A stretch of 64,000 nucleotides of DNA, from the NCBI GenBank assembly GCA_951406725.2, contig OX597816.1, positions 54,622,001 through 54,686,000 on the forward strand, read 5' to 3'. Numbering within the stretch: the first letter of the stretch is position 1; each line of letters opens with the position of its first letter. Below the pieces are notes generated by a model, which was not told where the DNA came from, did no database searches, and saw nothing but the letters and a program-made list of their open reading frames with translations. The translations under genes were made by a program, and so were the position numbers. This stretch comes from Octopus vulgaris. Its lineage: Eukaryota. This document shows positions 25,801-39,988 of this stretch, in pieces.

Positions 25801-27761
25801 CCTTCTAGCAGTTTGAAGGTTTTCTTCAGTTGATGTATGAGAGTTTTACATCGTGTTTATCTATTAGTACTTGTAGTTGGGGTGTGAGAGTTTTCAAAGT
25901 ATTTTGAAAAATAATTTAGCTATTGATTTGGAAGCTAATAATTTGAAGGGACGCTTAAAACAGATGATTTTCCTTTATTCTTACGTGTTTTATTTATTGT
26001 GGTTGCCAAAGTTTACTGAGATGATATCTCGAAGAAGCAAAAACCCTGTTGTAATGTAACCTTAACATAACTATCCTCTTGGGAGTGAATTATGTAAGAT
26101 TTAAATCTAGACTAAAGCACCGGAAATGACGCTGGGCTCTCTGCTCGGTAAGAACTATGGGATACATACAACAGGTCAGACCTTGTCGTCGTCTAGTGCA
26201 AAATGTTTAGGGAGAAAATGAAATCGAGGAAATACCAATGGAGTGCTATCTAAGAAGTGAATAAAGGAAACGAGGATTCCAAGAAAGAATGCTGGGAATT
26301 TGAATAGGTTTGGGAGTATTTAGACTACATGAACATCAGTTAGACTGCTAAGTGTTATGTAATAGGAACTGAAAATACTTCTCTGACGATTGAAGTCATA
26401 TAGAGAAAGATCAAACTAGGATTACAAGAATCACTATATCAAAACCAAATGGATTATAGTAATCCGTCTGAAAATTAAGCAAATACAACTACCGATACCG
26501 GTCTGTAGAATACACACATTGTAAAGTATATATTAGGAGCAACACTTATTTACTCTAAATTACCTCAGGTTTGGTATTATTTTCTTGTTCAATACCGTAT
26601 ATGTTATGAGAGAAATGTGGACGACAGAACAGAATTAGAAAGTATAAACTCTTTAAATGTTGAACTAACTGCGTCACCGACAGAGTCTAGAAATGTCAGT
26701 CAGTTTTTAATAGTTTAGGCATCTTACTTAATTGTACTCAACAACATACATGAAGTTTTAAAGCAGAGCGTACATTATTGTAAATAACAGCTCTGTCATG
26801 CAGTATCGTCGCTACCAAATAAACCTCGTCCTCCCACTCTTTCTCACTCGCTAGACACATACACACACACAGATACACATAGAAATACACACAGAGACAC
26901 ACACGGACACAGACGCACACAAACACACACACACACACATACAAACACGCGCGCGTGCGTACACGCTCACATAATTGTTGTGTAAACATTATAAACCATA
27001 TCCAAGGAAATTACGATCTCAATTGATAACATAGCCTTAAACTTCAATACGTTATAACAATACATAAATTCACTACAAAGAAACTTAATTACACAAATAA
27101 TAATATTTATACTATTCAGACAAGTTTTTAAGCAAATTAAATTATAATTTATGCAAATGAAAGTTATGTTATCTTGCTTATATAAGTCTATATATTATCC
27201 ATATTCACAGACCTAGACAAACGTGTATACACACGGATACACACATATACATACACATCTGTCTATTCGAGCAAATGTTAAATGGATGAATCTTACTGTA
27301 AAATAACTTTTACGATGAAAGAAAACCAAACTATAGCCTCAGTTTTGAAGGATTGTACGAAAAATATGTGGATTTGATTTAATAATTCGTGTGTCAGTTG
27401 GTCAGCATTTCCCTATCAAACTGCCCATAGATTAATCAACTTAAGCAATCATTAGTAATTTGATGTCAAAAAAATACAAAAATAGCCGAATTATTGCTTC
27501 AGGTGTAAAGGGGAACAGCGTCGACAATAAATTGGATCAACGTTTCACTGTTACTTGATTGACTTACATAATTGCCAGAGCTGCCAACATGGAGAATACA
27601 TGACTTTCTGGCAACATATGGGTTGATTTAAAAATATTGATTCTATTAAAAGTTTCCATTCAGCTCGAGTTAGAACGATAATAGGAAAATAAGCGAAATT
27701 TGATCAAATTCTTTAATGTGATTGGTGCTAATTTTGCCTAATTTACTTTCGTCATTATTAG

Positions 27762-27810
27762 TTCAGCTACGTTCATACAGATTCTGTCAGGTGGTATGAA
27801 CGTAGCTGAA
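27762..27810. repeat. Perfect 17-bp inverted repeat with 15-nt spacer
   Basis: ttcagctacgttcatac (27762-27778) and gtatgaacgtagctgaa (27794-27810). Confidence 0.9.
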
Positions 27811-28077
27811 AAAAATATTGAAGAAGTAATTCTCATTTCAACTAAAATAAAGTAAAATCACTGATTCTATTCTCCATCTTGCTGCATCGTCGCCATGGTT
27901 TCTGAAGGCAACGAACAGCATACACACATATACGCACACAGGCAGAAAATCACTGCCATACACAGGCATGTATGCACATGCATATACTCTCCTCGTTAGT
28001 ATAGTGTAGAGTATCCCCGAGTGCAACGCGGCAGACCGGAATTCGATTCCACGACGGGGAGGCGCGTTAATTGTCTA

Positions 28078-28460
28078 TAGGCAGAGGTGTGTTTGTGTGG
28101 TAGGAAGCTTACTTCCCAGCCGCATGACTTCGGGTTCAGTCCCAATGCATGGCATTCTGGGCAAGTGTCTTCTGCTATAGCCACGGGTTGACCAAATTTT
28201 TGTGAGTGGATTTGATAGACAAAGAAGCCCATCGCATACACACACATACACAATACACGCACACACACATAGATCGGTAGCCACTACACACATATTTTTT
28301 TCTCCTTGTTTCTCTCCTTGTTTTTTCTCTGTGTCCCTTTCTGTAGAAGAGCGTAGGCTCGAAACGTAAAAGACGTTTTCAGTTCCTGAGTGTTAAACTA
28401 ATACATCTGTTTGTTTTCTACAACACCTGTTTTCATCTATTGTTTTTTTTTGTGAACTCT

Positions 28461-28536
<76 letters not shown>

Positions 28537-28745
28537 GTGCCCGTATCTTTGTCTCTGTCGTCATATCACCGTTTGACAACCGGTGTTGGTGTGTTGACGA
28601 TGCGAAAACCGATGCGAAAAGTGTTAAGCTTTACAAAAATAAGTCCTGGGGTCGATTTGTTCGACTAAAAACCTTTCAAATCGCGCTGCTTCAGCATGGC
28701 AGCAGTGGAATAACTCAAACAAGTAAAAGTATTAATAAAAATAAA

Positions 28746-28750
<5 letters not shown>
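28078..28750 (+). mobile_element. Diverged SINE family B split at its internal microsatellite by a PLE-like insertion
   Basis: Head about 28078-28236 and tail about 28535-28750 are both collinear with the copy at 21225. Confidence 0.8.
28270..28463 (+). mobile_element. Short Penelope-like terminal-repeat element with variant hammerhead motif, ending in (TA)n
   Basis: CUUU-CUGUAGA-A-GAGC-GUAG-GCUC-GAAA-C-GUA-AAAG (28337-28372); stem I CUUU/AAAG. Confidence 0.65.
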
Positions 28751-28812
<62 letters not shown>

Positions 28813-28874
28813 GTATATATATATATTGTGTATATATATATACATATATACATATGTATATATATATACATATG

Positions 28875-28905
<31 letters not shown>

Positions 28906-29069
28906 TGTATATTGTTAATGATTGTCTTTATCATCAGACCTAATAAAAACAATTTTACATTAATCTGATGTATTACTCAATACTTTAGTAGAGTACAAAT
29001 TCATATACATATACATACATATATATATACATATGTATATATATATATATATATATACATGTATATACA

Positions 29070-29143
<74 letters not shown>

Positions 29144-29180
29144 TACACACATATACATACATACGTGCATACATATACCT
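28751..29180. repeat. (TA)n-rich compound array with a ~90-bp non-repetitive insert (about 28913-29002)
   Basis: Directly visible. Confidence 0.9.
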
Positions 29181-30664
29181 GCATAGAGTGTTTGAAGTGG
29201 CGTACTAATATTGGATATTGAGAACAAGGAGGCAGTCAGAATTTTGGATAATTCTTTGTTAGCGCTTTTGTTCGTTTATCGAGGATCGTCAAGACAAAAT
29301 CAAAATGATAAGAACAGAACGTTTCCTTGTTCATTTATATGAATCGGATGTTTTTTGCTTTGTTTAAAAGAGAAGAAAAATGTTATTGTTATTTTTTGGG
29401 ATTTTTCATCATATGCAATAGATTTAATAGCATAAATATTTTGATGAAGAGGTGAAATAGTTTCTGACTGTGAAAATGTATCACGACTGAAATGTTTGTG
29501 TCTTACATAAGGTTGATGCAGGCTCGACATTATGTTTCTCGCATGTCAGGATCACCTAGAGACTGCAACATTATATCTATAGGTCTCTATGCTGTTACTT
29601 GGTCAGTTAATGACAGCAGCACAATCCACCTGAAAGCAAAAGCTACCGTCTTAGGAAGGGAAACGTTGTATAATGTAGCTCACGGTTCACTGAATATACG
29701 AAGGGATAGAATAGTCACGGCTGAAATGACTTTAATGATAACTGGATCTGGGCAAACCTAGGGTTAAACAACACCAGCAGCCTTGATGACGACAATAGTG
29801 AGAGTGCTAATATCTTTGAATTATTGGTTAGAAATAAGGAATTTGTTTAATAATAAAGAGTGCAAGAGTGACATCTAGGGCGTATAAAAATATTTAGATT
29901 CGATATTTAATACTTAAATAAGGAAGGCAACAAACTGAAATGTACTTAGTGCATACGACATGATCCAGGCCCCATCACAATAACGACGACAACCAGCAAC
30001 AGCAACAATAACAGCACATAAACCAAACATAAACGAAATTCCAGTGAGTTATTGTAATGGTAGAATATAAATCAATATCATTTCTTCCAAATCACGAGAT
30101 ACACAGAAGAGACAAACCACCGATTCTGTCTCAAAATAATCTCCTCTTGGAGATGAGATGGCGATGACAGCAGTGAACTCCTGCTAAACACGCCTTACCC
30201 TAGAGAAATAACAAATTTTATAACAGCAATATATTACAATTATTCTCGACAAGATTAGCAATTAAATAATAATGCTAATTAATTCCTCGCCAACACTGAG
30301 AGAAACTGTTCCAGTGGATTTAACTTTTGCAGTTATTTTCACCTGTGGAGGAAATCTAAATGAAATCTTGAATTAGTGAAAATAAAACTGTCTTGGAAGA
30401 TAATGTCAGACACGAATTCAAAGATGAATTATTCACCTGTTCCCCATTCTAACTTATTAAATATCCTCAGGTAAAGAGGAAGAAACAAGACATCATATGA
30501 CTGATGGATTCCTGCTATTCGTATGACATCTGCGAGGAGAAAACATGACAATAATGAGTCTAGGACATTTAGCCCACACCACGACCACCACCACCACCAT
30601 GGACAATAAGCCCACAAGGACAACAGATGATGATCTAAAACTTCTTAATATATTGGAGAGGGGT

Positions 30665-30762
30665 TAATTAACCAAGGGGGTAGGGTAATTGTCCTAGGGG
30701 TAGTTGTCGTCGAGGAAAATTGTCCAAAGGTGGACAATTGTCCGAGGGGTAATTGTCCTGAG
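30665..30762. repeat. Array of ~5 GG(T/A)AATTGTCC motifs; probable subterminal repeats of a DNA-transposon end (MULE-like, tentative)
   Basis: gggtaattgtcc, gggtagttgtcg, gaaaattgtcc, gacaattgtcc, gggtaattgtcc at 14-16 bp spacing. Confidence 0.45.
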
Positions 30763-30898
30763 ACGTACAACAATATGGTAAACATTCAAGTTTATTTATA
30801 TACACAAACACACACACACACACAAAAACATATGTACACATAAACCAAAGAATCAATCAGTCAGTCAATCGATCAATGAATAAATCAATGAATCAATG

Positions 30899-30899
30899 A

Positions 30900-30978
<79 letters not shown>
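30899..30978. repeat. (TATC)n microsatellite
   Basis: Directly visible. Confidence 0.95.
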
Positions 30979-31464
30979 CTTGTGGTATGACCTATGACCG
31001 ACTGGTTAAAATCTTTGCTTCCCAAACACACATACACTCACGAACACACACATACACACAGGTACACACACAAATACAAACACATACACGCACAAACGCA
31101 CACACAGAAGCGCGCGGGCACACACACATACATCATATCTATATTTCAAAACTAAGGATAAAATGAAGGCTACACATGCTTCCCAGCGTGCAATACCTCG
31201 GACGTTGTAATTACCCAAATATGAATAATCCGCTAGCTACTCGTCACTCCAAAGACACCTTAATCAAATGAAGTTTGCATTGTCGTTTACATTAAGCGAT
31301 AAACTACCAACTTACCTAGAGTTACTATGCTCCCATACTGACAAAAAATATTATCTCCCACCACCCTCTCCTTCTTCCCCCTTTCCTAATATATATACCA
31401 CCCCTATATCTCCTTTTTCTTCGACTGTGTTTAAATGTATTTACAGGGTGTCATAATATATTTA

Positions 31465-31773
31465 TTTCGTTTTTGGATTTGGTTTGCAAGATTCTTTATA
31501 TGAGTTCGTGTGTTGAAGCATATTCTATTGTGTCTGGGGAGAGTCATTTTCTTTTTGTGCCTTATTTAACACTCACCGGTAAAATTTCCACTTTTTTTCT
31601 TATCTTTATTGTCCTAAAATTTTCGTTGCGTATAAGACTATTAAAAAGGTTGCAATACACAACGAAAATTTTAGGACAATAAAAATAAGAAAAAAAAGTG
31701 GAAATTTTACCGGTGAGTGTGTTAAATAATAAGGCACAAAAAGAAAATGACTCTCCCCAGACACAATAGAATA
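31465..31773. mobile_element. Fold-back insertion 4: ~55-bp tail plus ~113-bp inverted arms (31521-31633 / 31655-31773) with 12-bp TSD
   Basis: Arms are reverse complements with a few indels and substitutions; direct repeat ataatatattta at 31453-31464 and 31771-31782. Confidence 0.75.
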
Positions 31774-31949
31774 ATATATTTACTTTTTTTTTATTTTATA
31801 GTAGACCCAGTAAATGAGCCCAGCCTAAATTCTCAAAGGCCTTCCTAGTCAGCTTAAATAATACCAAACTTTTTCCCCTACTCCTCACCCTTTTACTTTA
31901 TTCGTATTCTTATTGTTTTCTTTAACAAATTTGGACATTTTCACACTCC

Positions 31950-33420
31950 CATATATCATTTCTTAACATGGGATTCCTTGACGACAATGTAAACTTCATC
32001 TGATTAAGGTGTCTTTGGCCTGACGAGTAACTCGTTGATTACTTCGCGTTTGGATAATTACTACTTTCGAGGTACTGCTGTCAAGGAAACATTTATTACA
32101 GTTATTAAGAGAGACTCTGTTACCCTTAAGAATATAGTTGTTATGCGAGTATATAATCTGCAGGACGTTATTGGTGTTGGAGAAGCCAATCCTGATACAG
32201 TGGATGTTGAAAGCTGAGTGGTGCCTGGAATTTATGGGAAAGATAGCTCGACGAAATAGGTAGGGAAAGTTACTTTAACTTGTTTTCCGTGTGGAATAAT
32301 CAACTAGATATTTTTACTAGGGTTATACGATTTATGGAGCGATTTATTATTAAAAAAACCTAAGTTTTTTTTCTTTAAATGGGAAAATGATGAGGAAGTA
32401 TAGTTACTTCCCTTCGACTGTTAGTTTTCAAAATTACGAAGGTGAGCTGGCAGAAACGTTAGCGCACTGGGCGAAATGCTTAGCGGTATTTCGTCTGCAG
32501 CTACGTTCTGAGTTCAAATTCCGCCGAGGTCAACTTTGCATTTCATTCTTTCGGGGTCGATAAATTAAGTACAAGTTACGCACTGGGGTCGATGTAATCG
32601 ACTTAATCCGTTTGTCTGTCCTTGTTTGTCCCCTCTGTGTTTAGCCCCTTGTGGGTAGTAAAGAAATATATTTTGATGAAATGGGATATTATTCGGATTA
32701 TTGTCTACGGGAGGAACAAGGTGAACATTTTTGTTGCCATTGTGTCTATTACTATTAATAATATTATTACTATTATTATTGTTATAATTACTGCTATTAT
32801 TATCAATAGCGTAATTACTATCATCTATATGATTAGAAAAAGAGTTAGGTACAAGATGGTTATAATATTTAGTTTGTTCCTTATATCCTGCTTTATATAA
32901 GGTTGAATTATAGAAATCTGCGTTATTACTGAAAACGGTTTCATTTGCGTGGTCCTAAGTGTTATGTATTTAACCAAATTTTTTGTGATATTGGTAGGGT
33001 GGTTACTAAAAATGCTGATGTATTTCAGGTTTGTTGAAAGATTATGTTAGGGGAAACACAAGGCTGTATTTAAGTTGAGAGTAAGATCAAGGAAGTTAAC
33101 CTTAGTTCTACCATCATCGAAGGTAATACTTAGGCCCATATTACTACAGAATTTGACAAGATTGCGTTTAACTTTTTGTAGTTTTTGATTAGAGATATTT
33201 TGGAGGTAAAGGAGGCAGTCATCTCGATATAAACCACCGAGTATATATGGAAATTGGTCATCCATTTTTGATAGAATATGAATACCGACCAAATTAGATA
33301 TGTGAGCGCAGTTGCTACTACCCTAAGGGATATCAAAACAGTTGGGTCGATCTTTACCAAGTCAAAATTTGTTATAATGGATTTTCTAGCCGCTAGAACA
33401 ACATAAATTTCATCATCCTG
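31950..33420 (-). pseudogene. Decayed Penelope-like element reverse transcriptase (palm, thumb and linker), interrupted by a SINE
   Basis: ORF 33047-33292 GLYRDDCL..KVNFLDLTLNL; downstream manual translation YISIFSNHP..FYNSTLYKAGY and FNIHCIRIGFSNTNNVLQIIYSHNNYIL, typical of PLE RT-to-GIY-YIG linkers. Confidence 0.75.
32439..32668 (+). mobile_element. SINE family A, full length, young
   Basis: ggtgagctggcagaaacgttagc..gagttcaaattccgccgagg..ccccttgtgggtagtaaagaaata. Confidence 0.92.
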
Positions 33421-33574
33421 GGTGAGCGCTTGTACCTCCCTTTCTCCTTTAACCGTCGTTCTTTCGTTCCCCCTTTCTTCTTTCATACCTTTTCTTCTTC
33501 CCTCGTCCTATGGCGTTGTTCTCTCAACAGCATTTTCAAATTACTAACGTTCCCTTCACAACTTCGCATTCCAC

Positions 33575-33746
33575 TTATGTATATGCGTGTATATTTGTAG
33601 GTGTTCCTGTATGTATATACATGTATTTTACGTGTGTGTGCATATGTGCATGTGTATATGTGTGTGTGAATATGTGCATGTGTATATGTGTGTGTACATG
33701 TGTATGTGTACACGTATATACGTACACACACAAACACACACATACA

Positions 33747-33814
<68 letters not shown>

Positions 33815-33987
33815 AAGAATGGGGGTTTAGTTCGCAGGTGATCTACACGATTAGGTACGCTAGGTAAGTGCTGTGACGGATTACTAGGGCTCCAAGGCTA
33901 TAGCCGAGACGGTAGTTACTGAGCCATTGCAGATTTCAGATTTTCAGCGGATATGTAGGTACAAACACACACACACACACATACACA

Positions 33988-34070
<83 letters not shown>
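33575..34070. repeat. Compound (TG)/(CA)/(TA) microsatellites
   Basis: Directly visible; unique ~140-bp island at about 33815-33955. Confidence 0.9.
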
Positions 34071-34076
<6 letters not shown>

Positions 34077-34197
34077 TATGTATTGGAGTTTCTTACATCT
34101 GTTAAAATGTCTAATTGATGAGGACTGTTGCTCATATCCTCCCTGACAAGATTGTTGCATTGTTCTACATTATTCCGCATGTCGAATATATTTAAAA

Positions 34198-34525
34198 AAA
34201 TAATAATAATGAAGTTATTGTCTGCAGTGCTCAGGTGCACCACAACTTGTCAAAAGTGCGTATAAAGCATATGCAGTAATGTACAAATGTCTGGGAAGTG
34301 AACAGTGGATGAGTCAGATACATGCTTGCGTGTGTATGGAGGGGAGAAAATCAGGTGTAGTGTTGGCGAATCTCAGGATGTATGGAAGTTTTGAAGGATG
34401 CAGTGCTCCGACAACTAACAACTGATGCCGGCAGCTTGTTCCATACTTCAGCAACTCTTAGCGTGAAAAAATGTTTCCGAAAGTCATGGGAGCTGTGCTG
34501 TTTTCGGACTTTGTAAGTCGGAATG
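34198..34525 (-). pseudogene. 5'-truncated CR1-clade LINE 3' end (ORF2 C-terminus, 3' UTR, short (TTA)n tail)
   Basis: ORF 34351-34659 ends FRKHFFTLRVAEVWNKLPASVVSCRSTASFK, a CR1-type C-terminal motif. Confidence 0.8.
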
Positions 34526-35353
34526 CATCCATCGAAACATATGTCGATGATATGAAGATATAAATGATTTAATAACATCTTGAGCATTTGTCTCCATTTT
34601 AAACTTTTACTACACACACAGACACACAGGCTCACAGACACACAGACAAACACACACACACGCGCGCGCGCGCAAACACATTCTCATACACCCCCACACA
34701 CATATGACATACTGTTCCGTGAAGTTAAGATCAACACAAAATATACTGCATCTGGTGAGAGTTAAATATTGTTTAATAAACATAGTATATATTTTTAGAA
34801 GCTACAACTAGTTTCAAGTGATGGAAATGATTCAGTATTTTATAACAAACAGCATTTTATAACACGTCACGTGCAGTTTTCAGGACGATAGAATAAAAGA
34901 AAATACGTGAAAAGGCGAGACGGTAGATAGTAAAAGGTGGAAGTGTAAAACAATGGAAACCGAATGGAAAAATTAAAAGCAAATGACTTGGTATTTTCCT
35001 GTTTGCGAATTGGAAATTACCACTATTGCCTGATTGATTTGGGCCCCTGTGTATTCAATCCCTTTACGGTCAAAGGGGATATAACTCAAATACTACCTCC
35101 CTTTTTTCTTTTCTTTTCGTTTCCCAGTATTTTACCCTCCTACCTTTTACATCTACGTTCTTCTCGCCTTTTTTTAAAATGCATTTTCTGTTATTCTATC
35201 ACCCTGTTTAACTTTTATATGCCATATGGGCATATCCTGAAGATTGCATGAAGGCACCTGACGTGTTATAAGATGCTGTCTGGCCGTTTTCATCACATGA
35301 AAAGTACTAAACAATATACATATGCATACTTACATACATACAAACATGCATTC

Positions 35354-35440
<87 letters not shown>

Positions 35441-36822
35441 CTCGCGTAGGCGCATATGTATATATATATATATATATATATTTGCATATACAGGGGTTGA
35501 AGTAAATAATGGTAGCACATTGTTAAATGGAAGTTTTATTATTCAATACGGAGTCGGTCCACTTTTGGCACCAATCATAACTTCGTCCAATAATTCTCGT
35601 GCTAGCTCTTTAAACAAATATATATATATTCACCTCTCATTGCTCTCGACTATATAGTTTTACATATAAACATATGTGTTTATTACTTCTGTTGATAATA
35701 TATAATACTTTTCACACTAGACATCGCACACAATGTCACAATGTTTATTGGAATCTATGAAGTTCAGTTCCATTCTTCGCTCAGTATTTTTTTTAATATA
35801 TTTCCCTCTGTTGGATGTTTAGTGGTTTTGCATGCATTTTAACGCTTCGTTCAAGCGCAACAATACTCCAAACAGACTACTACACTGTATGCAACAAATC
35901 AAATTATTATTGAATATTGAAGCACATGTCATCTTCATGTTCATTGAACTTTTGATCTACTCACAAGAATATTGGATTATTCTAGTTTCTGCAGCTTACT
36001 AAACAATCGGAGCGCAAATTAACAAAGTGCTATCTTCAAGAATTCTGAAGCGTTTCCAAAAGTAATCTTAACCAGTTTTCTATGAAAATACACATAGCGA
36101 TAATTAATGAACATTCCGCTGCTTTTTCTTGCTACCGCCAATCTTCTACGTAGTGAATTGGTATAATGTCAACACTTACATTGTGGGAGTATTACTGACT
36201 TGATCATATTGTAAATAAAACATTATTCAATATTCAAAAGTAGTCTCACCAATTATATATGTATATGTGTGTACACGCGCGCACACACAAACACAAACAC
36301 ATTTTCGCCCCCCTTTGTTTATTTAATATCGTATTTCTTCTTTTTTTCTCTCTTTTCCTGCTTTTTGTCCGCCTCCCCCATCTTCTCTTTCTCAATATCT
36401 CTAACATGATTTTCTTCTTATCTCTACGCCTTCTTATAATCGCTGCTTTACTTCAGCATTCTCCCTTCCTCTGTCTGTTATCGATGTGCTGCCTTCTTAT
36501 ACACAGTATGTACGACTGATAGGTTTTCGTTTGCATATCTTCCTTCCGGTGATGTGAAGTTTCTAGCTTCATTTGATTTACTTATCCCACTCGTGTTACT
36601 ATCAATGTTTGCATTATAACTATGCGCTGTATTGCTATGTACACCTGTGTGCATAATACACAGCACTGCATCGACCAGTCACTGAACTTTTTGAAACAGC
36701 TGTGAAGATTACTTTTACTCACGGGTCATCGTTTTTCTTGATAATTATATCTATATGTATGTAACATCTTTATAAATGATACTTTGCTATATATAATTGT
36801 TTGTTCATCTTCTGCCAGCTTA

Positions 36823-36856
<34 letters not shown>

Positions 36857-37134
36857 GTATGTATGTGTTTCTAGTGAGAGGGTATAACTATTGCATGGCG
36901 AGCAAAGTACTTAAATCTGTGGCTGCGACGTGAGTATCCAACAAGGTATGATAATGTATCTCTGATTCGTAATTACTTTCGGTAATAAGTTTTAGAGTCT
37001 AAAACAATCTAAAATTTAGATACAAAAGATGCAAATGAAAAAACATATGAAAAATAAATCAATGCTTATTCAATTTACCTTAGATCTTTAAATTGGACAT
37101 TACTTTTGCACCAACCTGATATATATATATATAT

Positions 37135-37474
37135 GTGATGGCACATGGCTCAGTGGTTAGAGCGTCGAGCTTACGATCGTGAGGTTGTGAGCTCGAATCC
37201 CGGACCGGGCTGCGTGTTGTGTTCTTGAGCAAAGCACTTTATTTCACGTTGCTCCAGTTCACTCAGCTGTAGAAATGAGTTGCGACGTCACTGGTGCCAA
37301 GCTGTATCGGCCTTTGCCTTTCCCTTGGACAACACTGGTGGCGTGGAGAGGGGAGGCTGGTATGCATGGGCGACTGCTGGTCTTCCATAAACAACCTTGC
37401 CCGGACTTGTGTCTAGGAGGGTAACTTTCTAGGTGCAATCCCATGGTCATTCATGACCGAAGGGGGTCTTTACC

Positions 37475-37478
<4 letters not shown>
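37135..37478 (+). mobile_element. tRNA-derived SINE family D, full length, in (TA)n
   Basis: tggctcagtggttagagc (A box), gctcgaatccc (B box), ttcttgagcaaagcactttatttcacgttgctccagttcactcagctg central domain. Confidence 0.9.
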
Positions 37479-37517
<39 letters not shown>

Positions 37518-39039
37518 TATATATATGTGTGTGTGTGTGTGTTTACATATATCACACACACACAAAGTTGAAGAATTTTCTGGTTTTAAAGTGGAGTCTT
37601 ATGTCTTTGGATTTGCGATTTTGCATTCTTAGATGTGCAAGATAAATCTTAGCGAACATGGCATATTGTGGGCATTAGAAGCATCTCTTTGTCAACTAAC
37701 TTCTTCGTGATGACGGCGATGACAAGAATGATGATGATGATATTAGTGATTGGAATGATAATGATGTTGATGATCGTGATGATGATGATGTAGCATTTGG
37801 ATTTTATCTTGTGATATGGCTGTTGCTTAGTTCTCTGTCAACTTTAGTCGAACACTTGTATGAAAGCAGGTAAGCATTCCAGCAGTGACCAGCCCCCCTC
37901 ATCTTTTCGTTATTCATTTATTGAAGGATAGTACAGTGCTATTCAAAAGATACTTGGCTGTTATTTCTAGCAAATCGAAAGACTATGTGTCAAAGTTTTG
38001 CGTCACTGGAGAGACCAAATTGCCTGTCAATTGTTAAAGACCTGTTATGATATATAACTGCTATCTCTAACAGGTCGAGAAACCATGGAATTGCATGTGT
38101 GTTAGACCGTGTCTTAGAAACAGCAGTAAAAAGTGAGTAATATTGATAAAGTTGTGCTAAATATAAGAGCTGTGTTCAGAGCCTGATCAGAATATTAATA
38201 ACACCTGGATGTATGCATCTCCAGGAATAGAATTTCCCTCACTCCTTTTGGTGGGAACGCAGCATTGTGCCATGTTTTGAAGAATTTCCACCATGAATCA
38301 CTCTCCGAGAGAGTGATTCTATCTTCCATATGCAGCCGAGTGAATAATATTTGTCGTAGATTGCTTTGCCGAACCAATGTTGGTACATTAAGTCGAGGAA
38401 TAAATACATTTTATTCAGGATGGAAACACACAACATTTCATGAAAACGAAAACAGATTATAAATATGTGGAGGGCAGAAACACAATATCGACAGTAATAT
38501 TGAAAAGCAATATGGTATTGGCTATTAATTTATGTATTGTAAATCAATATATAGTACTGCTTCTCAAAAGCTTTATGAGAAAATCGATAGAATCACACAA
38601 ACCCTTCTAATAAAGAATGTTTACGCGAAATGCACCCAACATAAACTTGTTTCCCTAAACTATACTGCAAGCGAGAAATTCTTCATAACATATCTCTTTG
38701 CTCATCGAACTGTGCAGTGATCGATTCTTTGTTGTCAGAAATCTAGAAAATTAAATGAATTCATATAGCATGTTGATCAAAAGTAATATTTAGAGTTAAT
38801 CTGAAATATAATTTCTGTAGAAAGTTAATGTCTCGACGTAAAACGAAGAGGAAAAGCATTAAGAAATTATCAGAATTTAGCATTGTAACTAATTTACTCA
38901 GCACTTAGCATAATGATAACCTCTATGATTGTCATATTTAATTAATAATGTAACCCTTCTTGTCTCATTTATTCTGCAATCAACGTTTCATGACGTCACT
39001 TGATTCTTGTATTACACTAATGGCCAATGTGACTCAACT

Positions 39040-39310
39040 GCTAATTAATTATCAATGTATTAACTAATTATTTCTGTGACAATTACTGTTACTGTAATTA
39101 CCTAATTGTCATAGTAACAGATATTGTCGTTGGTGTCACTAATTATAACAACACCTCTCATTATCGCTGTGACATGAAGTCATTCCAATAACAGTTATTA
39201 CCACTGTAATAACTAATTGTCACTCTAATAACTACACTGTCACAACTAATTATTTTTGTAACAGATATTGTCACTCTTCTAACTAATTATCATTCTAATA
39301 ATTAATTATT
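39040..39310. repeat. Degenerate ~20-21-bp minisatellite (taactaattgtcactgtaa-like)
   Basis: Recurring actaatt(a/g)t and gtaacagatattgtc motifs. Confidence 0.6.
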
Positions 39311-39314
39311 AGAT

Positions 39315-39498
39315 TCAAATTTTGGCTCAAGGCCAGCAATTTCGGGGAAGTATTCAGATGGTACTTATTTTAAAGACGCCGAAAGGAAGACAGGCAAAGT
39401 CGACTTCAGCAGAATCTGAACTCAGAACGTACGACAGACGAAATGCTGTTAAGTATGTTGTCCGGCGTGCTAACGATTCGGCCAATTCGCTCGACGCC
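39315..39498 (-). mobile_element. Diverged SINE family A
   Basis: ggtacttatttt..ggcaaagtcgac..gaactcagaacgtacgacagacgaaat..ccggcgtgctaacg. Confidence 0.8.
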
Positions 39499-39782
39499 TC
39501 ACTGTAATCTATATAATAATCTACGTGTTCGTTCGCCCGTTATACTTTTGTTAGAGAAGTGGAGAGAGAGATAGAGAGAGAGAGGAGGGTGGAGAAGATT
39601 GTGAGTAAAGAAGAAAGAAGTAGAGAAAGATATATAATAAGGCTAAGTGCATTACCAGGCGAAGAGCAAGAGAGAAAAGAGGGAAAGAGAAGTGTTAATG
39701 GCGTGCTGTAGACTGGGGTGTGAAAGGTAAATAGAGAGAGAGATATGTTTAGGATACAATATTTAGTAGAGGGTAAAGAGAA

Positions 39783-39840
<58 letters not shown>

Positions 39841-39954
39841 TGGAAGATAGCGTTAGTATCGTTAGAGTAGAGACACATCGACAGCAAAAAACGTAGATAT
39901 AAAGAAACAGCTGGACTGAAATGAAAGAGTGAGCTTTCTAACTGAAAACTATAG

Positions 39955-39988
<34 letters not shown>

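Noticed and set aside
30665-30762. CRISPR-like or regularly spaced repeat array (also the minisatellites at 11690-12400 and 39040-39310)
   Set aside because: Repeats are short and degenerate with no unique 25-45-bp spacers, there are no cas genes, and the context is eukaryotic.
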